A stretch of 64,000 bases of DNA. It comes from Eledone cirrhosa. Its lineage: Eukaryota. Shown here piece after piece: positions 25,644 through 36,299 of this stretch (position 1 is its first letter; each line of letters starts with the position of its first letter). The translations under genes were made by a program, and so were the position numbers. The stretch is from assembly GCA_964016885.1 (NCBI GenBank), contig OZ024741.1:273172001-273236000 (forward strand), read 5' to 3'. The notes beneath the pieces are model-generated. The model was not told the origin of the DNA. It worked only from the letters and a program-made list of their open reading frames with translations, and did not search any database.

Positions 25644-25874
25644 TTAGAAACACACAGATACATGCGGGGACACACATATACATGAATGCATCCGCACCCA
25701 ACCGTGAGTTAAGGGTGCCAACTTCACCGATGTTGCTCAATGAATGACTGGGACAGACCAATCCTGTTGAACCAGACTGAACCAGTATCAGAGTTAAAAA
25801 TACATTATGAAGAGAGAAGAAACATTTAGATATAATTAGTAATAAAATGTATCATACCTAAACTGCTCCTAGAT

Positions 25875-25964
25875 TCCTCGACTACGTAGTTTCGTGGCAT
25901 AAACAAAAACAATACATCATAAAGATATAGAGTCCTTGCGAGGTCTGCCGACTTATCAAGAGGA
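25875..25964 (-). ncRNA. Hammerhead variant with U3-A8 core
   Basis: Minus strand TCCTC-TTGATAA-GTCGGC...GCCAC-GAA-ACTACGTAGT-C^-GAGGA; perfect 5-bp stem I and palindromic stem III. Confidence 0.72.
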
Positions 25965-25989
25965 TACCTCATTTTACTAGTCTCAAGAA

Positions 25990-26074
<85 letters not shown>

Positions 26075-26091
26075 CGATCGGAGCAGTACGC

Positions 26092-26160
<69 letters not shown>

Positions 26161-26184
26161 GGAAACTCTGCTTCGTAAAATCGC

Positions 26185-26279
26185 GACGTATCTGAGGACC
26201 TTGCCATTTCAGAGTCAGGTGCGATCATTACTTCGATCGTGCCTCGAGCTGGTCGCCAGAAAAACGATTTTAATATGTT
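26185..26279 (+). ncRNA. Hammerhead-like motif with branched stem II in a short pLTR fragment (26157-26326)
   Basis: GACGTAT-CTGAGGA-...-GAA-AAACGATTTT-A^-ATATGTT, then AATAAA and a tail into (TA)n; the stem II base is poorly paired. Confidence 0.5.
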
Positions 26280-26322
26280 TAATAAATTTTATTCGTCGCA
26301 ACACAGATTCTCCGTTTCTTAT

Positions 26323-26383
<61 letters not shown>

Positions 26384-26634
26384 ATGCTTGGGGAGAGTCA
26401 TATTGTTGTAATAATATTGTTGCCAGAAATAATAACAGAACACACTCACTGTTTGGTTGGTTTTTGCTTCTGTATCTTTTATATCAGTTAATTCATTCGG
26501 TCCTCAATGTTTACCATTGACTGACCAACGGTAAAAAATACAGATATAATATAGATATAAACACATATATATAGTTTAACAAAGTTCTTTCGTTGCACAT
26601 CTACAATATCGTCAGTGGTATTATTATGTTCCTC

Positions 26635-26819
26635 GGTGGATTGGCAGTATCGGTAGAGAGTAGGACACTATGCTTTGAAGTATAGAGTTACGTCCCTTTA
26701 TGATCTGAGTTCAAATCCCGCCGAGGTTAACTTTGCCTTTCATCCTTACGGCGTCGATAAAATAAAGTACAGTAATGTACTGGGTAATTGCTGGCCTTGT
26801 GCCTAAAATAGAAACAATT
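26635..26819 (+). mobile_element. tRNA-derived SINE (family A) with target-site duplication
   Basis: ATTATGTTCCTC flanks both sides; A-box-like and B-box motifs present. Confidence 0.88.
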
Positions 26820-27127
26820 ATGTTCCTCCTGTTGTATTGTATATCTACGCCATCTTTATTTTATCTCAGATTAAATAAAGATGGCGTAGATATACAATGT
26901 AACAGGAGGAACATAAGAGTACCACTGACGATGTTGCAGATGTGCAACGAAAGAACTTTGTTAGACTATATATATGTGTTTATATCTATATTATATCTGT
27001 ATTTTTGACAGTTGGTCAGTCAATGGTAAACATTGAGGACCGAGTGAATTAACTGTGGAGATATAAAAGATACAGAAGCGAAAACCAACCAAACAGTGAG
27101 TGTGTTCTGTTATTATTTCTGGCAATT

Positions 27128-27316
27128 GGTGGCTTGGCAGTATCGGTAGAGGGTCGGACGCCATGCTTTGACGCATAGAGTTACGGCCCTTGCCATTCTG
27201 AGTTCAAATCCCGCCGAGGTTAACTTTGCCTTTCATCCTTACGGGGTCGATAAAATAAAGTACCAGTAATACACTGGGATAATTGCTGGCCTTGTGCCAA
27301 AAAGTAGAAACAATTA
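27128..27316 (+). mobile_element. tRNA-derived SINE (family A)
   Basis: Full-length match to the other copies. Confidence 0.88.
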
Positions 27317-27432
27317 TTACAACAATATGACCCTTCCCATGTATAACATTATTTGTCTCGACACACGATTTCATATCACAAACCTCGCAAAACAAATATA
27401 TATATATATATTTATATATATTTATATATATA

Positions 27433-30400
27433 CTAGCAGTTTAGCCCGGCGTTGCTCGGGTTTGTCCATTTGCTATGAAAAGTTACATACAGGTAAACGT
27501 AGCTTGAAAGCGCATAAGCTTATCAATTAAGTGCATAAAACAGTTGAACCGGTTATTAATAGTTACGAACCAATTAGCATTTTGGACAATCAATGATAGT
27601 TAATAATCTTCCAATAGCGAATTTAGTAGACCAAAGGTGCAAGATGGTGGCCCTGATGCCGCTGGGCGTCAGATCTGTCCGCTATGGGTGACCCTACCAG
27701 TTTTCCAGACGGCATAGCTCCAGCACCTGCACCAGCATCTATAGCACCTCTTTTTAGACAATATTGCATGTCATCCCTTGAGGAGTGTAAGCAAAAAGTT
27801 CAATCCTGCTCCCTACGCGGGAACAGGCAACATACAGTTGACCATGGGAGAAGCATGGCTCCCCCAAATGGATGCCCGCCACCTACAACGTTTGCCCTTG
27901 TGACTTGTTAATGGACATGGCAAAACATGGTCTCATCGGGAATTGGGATCGCCGGAAATCGAACTGGATATCTGACGCCGAGGGGAAAAGTTTCATTCTT
28001 GGAATTAAAACATTCTCCCCTCTCCCGCATCCCATTACAATGGTGGCCTCAATCAAGTGGTGCGTCAGTGACTTGACGACCATGCGAGTACCGTTGCACT
28101 GTTTTGGTGGACGCAAGTTCCTTATTAGCATAATGGGGCAGCCAACCCTAAGCTTAAGAATGTGAGGTGGGAGCCCTGGAGGCTCAAGGGAATTTAATAA
28201 CTCAACCGGATAATTAACGATAACGTCGAGGTCTGACGTCCGGTCGATAGATTTGAAGATGTGTTCTTTACCGGGAAACTTCTCAATCAACTGCTCGTTA
28301 ATAAAATTAATCATGGTATTTTTCGGAGCGAGGATGGTTCTTTCGCTGAGCCAATCGAAGTTTTTAAAGTTAGATGAGACATTAGGAAAAACTGCTTCCC
28401 AAAGGTCAGAAGGGCTGCTCACAATATTGCAGTCGATTGCTATGCCGCTCTTGTCCTCCGCAGGGACCTTGCCCTCATCAAGTTCTAAAATATTCTGAGC
28501 AAATGCTGCAGACATGTTGTCACCATACAAATGAGCACGCATATTTGTGCTCAGGTACAAACTCTTCACCTAGATCCACAACATGGACGACTTAAGGCAG
28601 GTACGCACTTCATCAGCTCTTGTCCCTTTGGGTATGACAGACATCGTTTGCCGAAAATCCCCTGATAGCAGAAGGGTTACACCACCCATAGGAGCCGTAG
28701 AATCCCTAATGTCTTTCAGGGTCCTGTCCAATGCCTCAAGGGCACCCTTGTGTGCCATTGTGCACTCATCCCAAACAATGAGGCAACATTTTTTGAGAAC
28801 CAGAGCTTCATGTGAACTCTTGCTGATATTGCGTGTTGGTGTCCCAGCTTTTACTAAATCCAAGGGGTGTTTAAAGGTTGAATGTGCTGTCCTGCCTCCC
28901 GGCAGCAAAGTAGCAGCGATCCCGGACGATGTAACGGCCAACGCAATTTTTTTCTCCAGACAAATCTTAGCGAGAATCAATTTCGTTACAAAAGTTTTTC
29001 CGGTACCCCCAGGAACATCGAGAAAGTAAATACCCCCAGTCTGATTTTGAACCGCGTCAATGATAGTTAAATAGGCCAACCTTTGGTCCGACAGAAGTTT
29101 GGGCTCATTTTCCTCTAAGTATTGGGAAAGAGATTCGATGTCATATGCTGTTTCCCGCAACAAATCCGGGGCGAACGTGTTAGCTTCCTCTCTGACGGTT
29201 GACGGCAAGCCGTACGTCGCCAACTCACTCCCACCCATGTCGAGGAGGGCGTCCTCGATATCAATGAGTGCCCTGTTGTAGATAATGTCGCTGTAACCAA
29301 CTTCCACTGAAGTATACTGCAGATGAGCCAGGCGCAGGAAGTCCTCAGACATGAAGCCTCTGTACTTGACCCATAAAGATTTGGGATCACCCAATTCACA
29401 CTTTTGAAGCAAAAAAGCAAAGAGTTCCCGTAGACCTTTATGTGATTTTAACAAAGCACCCTCGGCTAAAGTGGAATCCCATTGCGAATCATCTTCCAAA
29501 AGACCACGCTTAAAGCAGGCTTCCCGGTACGTATCACATATTTCTCCATCAACAGTTTTGAGGTCCTGAAAACTTTGTGGGCCTACAACTTCATGCAGAA
29601 GAAGGCGGAGATGAAAGCACTCATGCTGACTTGGGGGCACAGTGTAAACCCTTCCAAGACAGCTGTCAAATTTTACACCAGGATGTCTTTCAGCAGCCTG
29701 ACCTGACTTTCTTCGCACCCAAGTGTTTTTCGACCATATAAAGTAGGATGGAACCTGGGAGTACACAATTGTTTGCGCAAATGTATTGAACTGGAAAAGT
29801 TTGAAAAAACCCGTCAGAGTGGTCTCTTTCGGATCGGCGGCCAACTTGGCGGCGGTTTGGTCCGTAAAGTAAACCCTTTGCCCATTTTCCAAATGTACCG
29901 CAAGCTGTACGATGGCGGGCTGACGTTGGTGTAGGGGTAAACCAAATAGGCGCCAAAAAGCTTCATTGCTACTAATGTACCGCCCCGCCAAGTATTCTGT
30001 GACCTCGTCCCTGCTATTTTCAGCTTGAAATGCGAACATTGCGGCATCAGAGCCCTTATTTACATATTTGCATATGTATTTTATCGACTTGACGGAGTTG
30101 CAAAATTCAACGTTGATGTGGGCGTTGAACATCTTCAAGAGAAGCGGGCAGTAAGGGACCACCCATCTATTGTCAACTTGACCTCTCCTTGCTGTTGTGG
30201 TGAAGCCACCGTTCTCGGCCCGTCTTCGCCTGTACAGGGGGTACCCGTCGCCACCAGTCTGAGTTTGGTCAACAAATTTTTGAGGGTATCCCTTACTGCA
30301 CGACCCCACCCTTTGAGACACGTGTGATGCTCATTAGGACCCGGCGCACACGGACTATGAATCATGTTACCTTTGGCGATGTCATGTAATTCTTGGTCAG

Positions 30401-31642
30401 TTGCTGGGTTAGGGATTTCAGCCGAAATGAAGCTGTCTATGGCATTTGAATTGATTTTATCAGCTAACCAAATCGAAATGTGAGTATGTGGCAGCCCTCG
30501 TTTTTGCCATTCGACGGCGAACATGTCATATTTTACAGCTCCAAATACCTGACCTTTTTGATTAAAGCCATGAGTTTAGCCAGTTTCAGTCTGAACACTC
30601 TGGTCATGTCTGTTCGAATAATTTTGCCCAGGAAAAAGTTCACGGGTCACATTCCGATTCATATGTTCATAGCATTAATCTGTTATATGAAGTGTTATTT
30701 TGCGGGTTGTTATTTGCAATAAGCCGATTGAAAATGCCCCAGATAAGCCGTATGTCAATACGGAACGCTCCACTGCAGTGTTGTCATATAGGGAGTGAAG
30801 AGCGACAGAGAGAGTAAAGCAGTTAAATTATAGAGAGGGGGAATATACGGAACGCTCCATTTGATCATATACATTGTTTCTCTCTCTGCAGTGTTGTCAT
30901 ATAGGGAGTGAAGAGCGACAGAGAGAGTATGTCTTTATGACTGTTTGTTGTTGTATAAAATGATGTGTTGCTTAGTTATCAAAGTTTTTTTCGCGTTCCC
31001 GAACGAATAGGGGGAATGATCTATTATATGGAGAGAGAAGAGCGACGGATAGAGTGAAACCTCGAAGCATGAAGAGAGTAAAGCAGTTAAATTATATAGA
31101 GGGGGAATAATCTATTGTAGAGAGAGGGAAGAGCGACGGAGAGAGTAAAGCTATGGTTGTTGTGTTGCTTATGTTTCAAAGTTTGTGTCGCGTTCCTTCA
31201 AAAGAAGTTTTGGCGTGGTTCTAAATTGTGATAGAGTAGTAGACGGAAACAGTAACCTTTTAAAGAGAGTTGCAGAGGAGATTGAGGTGTGGGGGTGGGG
31301 GGTAGAGAGAGAGTGATGAACCTTTTAAAGAGAGTTGCAGAGGAGATTGAGAGCGGAGTAGAGGAAAGGATGAACCTTTCAAAGAGAGTTGCAACATGTA
31401 TGTAGTTTCATATATTTTTTATGGTAGTAGTGAGAGGAATGAAGCGTGTAAGAGAGAGGCATACAGCATGTATTTAGTTTTATCGATTTCTTTTCATAGA
31501 AGCAGGAAATGTTTGGCAAAAATAATTACACGTTGACCTGCCCTGGTAAATTTGGAGCACATTGGAAAAAAATCATCAAAATCGGTAGAGAAATGTGGAA
31601 ATGCATAAAAATCATACACACACACACAGACAGACAACTACC

Positions 31643-31655
<13 letters not shown>
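27433..31655 (-). mobile_element. Helitron with both termini and an internally deleted, disrupted Rep/Helicase
   Basis: Minus-strand 3' end hairpin CCCGAGCAACGCCGGG followed by CTAG|T at 27433; 5' end ATATATAAAACGGTAGTTGTCTGTCTG merging with (TA)n. Confidence 0.9.
27860..30600 (-). pseudogene. Helitron Rep (HUH) / PIF1-like helicase
   Basis: VEWQKRGLPHTH and KYICKYVNKG (Rep); PGGTGKT, IVWDE, GDFRQ, CNGTR and AMSINKSQGQTL (PIF1); frameshift near 30320 and stop at 28570-28572. Confidence 0.93.
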
Positions 31656-31685
<30 letters not shown>

Positions 31686-31691
<6 letters not shown>

Positions 31692-31989
31692 ATTATTAAT
31701 ATTATTATTATTATTCTCTACATTCCTTACATCAAACTAAAATATGTTGACATTCTTTTAATAATGTCTTCCTTGTGAAATTTGTGGTCTTGTTTTGCTT
31801 AACTAATGAATATTTCCAGCTCTGAGCACCTAACTTCTGCATGAACCCAGCCACCTAGCTGCTTTCTACTGCATATTGCACATTGAGCACATGCCTTTAC
31901 GCTTTGGCTTCTAATTAATTCACCAATCTCTCCTCTCATATCTCCTCTCCTATCTCCATTTCTCTCTTTAAGCTTGGTTACTCTTGAAC

Positions 31990-32073
<84 letters not shown>

Positions 32074-32372
32074 GTTCAAGAGTAACCAAGCTTAAAGAGA
32101 GAAATGGAGATAGGAGAGGAGATATGAGAGGAGAGATTGGTGAATTAGTTAGAAGCCAAAGCGTAAAGGCATGTGCTCAATGTGCAATATGCAGTAGAAA
32201 GCAGCTAGGTGGCTGGGTTCATGCAGAAGTTAGGTGCTCAGAGCTGGAAATATTCATTAGTTAAGCAAAACAAGACCACAAATTTCACAAGGAAGACATT
32301 AAAAGAATGTCAACATATTTTAGTTTGATGTAAGGAATGTAGAGAATAATAATAATAATATTAATAATAATA
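31686..32372. repeat. ~315-bp inverted repeat arms flanking a central (TA)n (32001-32066)
   Basis: The arms are near-exact reverse complements; the right arm continues into an HHR-like motif at 32379-32498(-) (CCGATGA...GAA-ACAATTGT-A). Confidence 0.88.
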
Positions 32373-32519
32373 ATGTCCGTTTACAATTGTTTCGCTACTC
32401 CATATAATATTTCTGGATCAGATGACTCTATATCATAATTGATCTGGTTCAGTTGAAAATAATTAATATATTTAAAAAACAGAGCGGCTCATCGGAACTT
32501 CAAAAGAATATAAATTAAA

Positions 32520-32803
32520 ATAAGGAGAGAATGTTACATAATATAATGTTCCATATATTGGTTTTTCACTATGGTGTCTTGGTTGCGTCAGTTGTCAGCC
32601 ATAATCAAGCTGCATTGTGTGAGATCTGCCTATGGAGGCTGCATTGTGTGAGATCTGCCTATGGTTACCCATAGGCAGATCTCACACAATGCAGCCTCGA
32701 CAGATGAATACTGCTTGATTATGGTTGACAACTGATGCAACCAAGACACCATAGTGAACAACCAATATATGGAACATTATATTATGTAACATTCTCTCCT
32801 TAT
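32520..32803. repeat. Palindrome (centre ~32666) with a 27-bp duplication in one arm
   Basis: ATAAGGAGAGAATGTTACAT ... ATGTAACATTCTCTCCTTAT. Confidence 0.85.
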
Positions 32804-32804
32804 C

Positions 32805-33045
32805 TTAATTTATATTCCATGTGCTGATTTCATGGTCGTCGGCCCAGGATGAGGAAGCGGTCAGGGGCGTCCGGAGTCGGTGGAGTGTTGTGAAAGTGTG
32901 CATGTAGCTTGATGCGTCGCACGAACCGCTCGACGTCCACTCGAGTGCAGAACCGGTCGCTGTATGGGGTATGGGTATGAAGCGCAGTCCTGTACTAAGG
33001 AGTGAGCGTTCAGGTTCGGAGAGGAGGAGGTGGGGGTATGGTGAC
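32805..33045 (-). pseudogene. Possible Penelope-like element N-terminal ORF fragment
   Basis: [17 protein letters not shown] resembles the PLE N-terminal L..GL.F.P motif; short fragment. Confidence 0.45.
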
Positions 33046-33143
<98 letters not shown>

Positions 33144-33170
33144 CACACACACATATACATATATATATAC

Positions 33171-33218
<48 letters not shown>

Positions 33219-33413
33219 CGAACGAATTGTGGTAAGGAACCAGATGGACCATAACGCACCAGATTACTCAATACTTAGGGTAGTAGAGTGGGTAATAGGA
33301 AAATGTATGACCCCCGACGGCAGAGCTCAAGCCGTTTCGACGGCTAGTCTGAACTAGTCCAGAAATAGCCGTCGGAACGGCTTGAGCTCTGCCGTCGGGG
33401 TCATCCTTTTTCC

Positions 33414-33444
<31 letters not shown>

Positions 33445-33647
33445 AGATCTCGTTAAGAGTGAAAGCAACGATTCTTTGCTTAAACTTTAATCTGTTATTT
33501 TAATAAATATTTGCTCTACGGTTCTTATATATTTGATATATATTTATCCTTATCGAGCCCTCTTTGGATTTTAGTCTTCAAATTTATTATCATTACTATA
33601 TATTTATACATATATATATGTATACATATATATATATATTTGTATAC

Positions 33648-33710
<63 letters not shown>

Positions 33711-33741
33711 AAAGAATAGAGGTGTAACGCACAAGTTATTA

Positions 33742-34289
<548 letters not shown>

Positions 34290-34310
34290 TACATACATAT
34301 ATACAAGCAT

Positions 34311-34643
34311 AGACAAGTTGAGAAAGAAACTGGGTATAAGAGGGATAAGTTGTGGTGTGCAGGGGAGAAGGCTGAGATGGTATGGACATGTGATGCGCAT
34401 GCAGGATGACCGCTGGGTAAAGAAGTACCAAGAAATCCCAGTAGAAGGAAGACGCAGTAGAGGTAGACCACGAAAAACATGGGCGGAAGTGGTGAGAGCA
34501 GACCTCAGATCGCTGAAACTCACCGAGGAGATGACGAAGGACCGTGGCATGTGGAGAGATGCTGTGCTGAATAGGACCCGTCCAACCCTTGCAAGCAGGG
34601 AAAAGCGGACGTAAAATGATGATGATGATGATGATGATGATGA
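34311..34643 (+). mobile_element. RTE-like LINE 3' fragment with (GAT)n tail
   Basis: [12 protein letters not shown]...[12 protein letters not shown]; tandem trinucleotide tail. Confidence 0.85.
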
Positions 34644-34911
34644 TATATAATGGAGTTTTACCTGTATACACACAGGATCGTCTGACATTTTTTTTATTGA
34701 TTCGTTATTCGGTTGTTTGATGTTAGTTGTATTAATTTTATTGGTAACCTTAATTAATTTGTTGGTATATATCAATAATTTTAATATTTTTATTAGATTT
34801 GATGGTCAATCGGTTGGTAGTTATATCAATTTTATTGTAACCCTAAATATTTTGTACACTTCCTCTCTCTCAGCAAAATGTATGTGTTCATACACACGTG
34901 AACTTGTTCAC

Positions 34912-35285
34912 TGATAAAATGAGAAGTCAGTCAATCATATAGATGGCCTTCCCACAGCCCCGGCGGACAGAATGGAGAAAGCGATTCCCTGGAGGACGGC
35001 AAGGGAGACGCGCTGGAAGAGCCATTCCAACTCACGAGGCTCGCACCTGCAGCTGGCCAGCTCAGCGCCTATGGTGGTGAGTAGAGAGGTAGCCTTAGCG
35101 TCGAGGACACCAGAAGTCTCCACTGCCAAGGGTACAACCTGTCGGAGAGCGACCGGTATTTGGAGAGTTTGGCCTCCTCAGCACGACGTGCAGCAGAACC
35201 TGGGTTAGTTGCAGACTGCACCAGGTTGCGGCTGGAGAAAGTGTCGGTACAAGTGGCATCCCGGACGAGAGGTTTGCCTCCGCGG
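34912..35285 (-). mobile_element. CRE-clade element 3' fragment (others at 54085-54160 + and 54560-54890 -)
   Basis: VETSGVL...EWLFQRVSLAVLQG matches 38960-39120. Confidence 0.8.
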
Positions 35286-35556
35286 AATCTCTCACTTATC
35301 TTTTCTGGAAGAAATCTACTGTATTAAGGCCTGGAGTGGGACGGGCTTCGTCAGGCTTAAAGTGCCCTGGAAATAGCGTATGTCACTACAGCAGTGCCCT
35401 TACGACTCCACCAGGAGTTACAGTACCATACCAGTACTATATTATATTGTTTTAAATATCTTCATTCTATACGATGTATTGAGTACTATGAAATTTGTTC
35501 GTGAAAACACAGTATACTGTGATATAGAAATAGGCATTGACACACACACACACACA

Positions 35557-35630
<74 letters not shown>

Positions 35631-36299
35631 TATCATAAAGTAAAATGACAGGAGGCCAAATATGTTGAATTGCCTTGATTATTTATTTCTGCAAACACTA
35701 TGCACATTTCAGTGGCCAGGTTGTGTCATGGTTAACATTGCAGAATGACCCATTCTACCCAGTGGTAAACCACCAAATTTAAACGTATTAGCGATAGTAT
35801 TAGCCATTGGAAAGACCAATGGAAACATTGTTTCCTCGGTCCGATTGGACGAGCTCCACCCCACTCGGTAAGCGAATGAGGCCAAGTATCTCGCCGATCG
35901 ACTGTCTATATATATATAATTGCGACCGATAGGTAGTATTAACAATTGGAAAGACCAATGGAAACATTGTTTCCTCGGTCCGATTTGACAAAAAAGTCGA
36001 TCGACTGTCGATATATGTATGTATAGGGTAAAGGGTAAGCCCCCCCCCCCCACCGTTGATCACAAGTGACCATTGGATTTGCACGTAGAAAGTCTCCTTT
36101 CTGAGGCAAAAGTCCGAGCAAGGTGTTTTTGTGGAAGACCAACAGTCGCCCCCTCTCCACGCTACCTATGTTATCAAAGGGAAAGACTAAAGCCAATACA
36201 GCTTGGCACCAGTGACCTCCAACTCATATATACACTATATATACACTATTTACACATTATATTTATATTGTATATACACTGCACTATATATATAATGTT

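Larger units (their letters stand above)
26379..27348. mobile_element. Palindromic PLE pLTR pair (centre ~26868) interrupted by two SINEs
   Basis: Arms are homologous to 13690-13980, the termini carry the shared ATGACYCTYCC...ATAACA motif, and there is an HHR-like motif in each arm. Confidence 0.8.
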
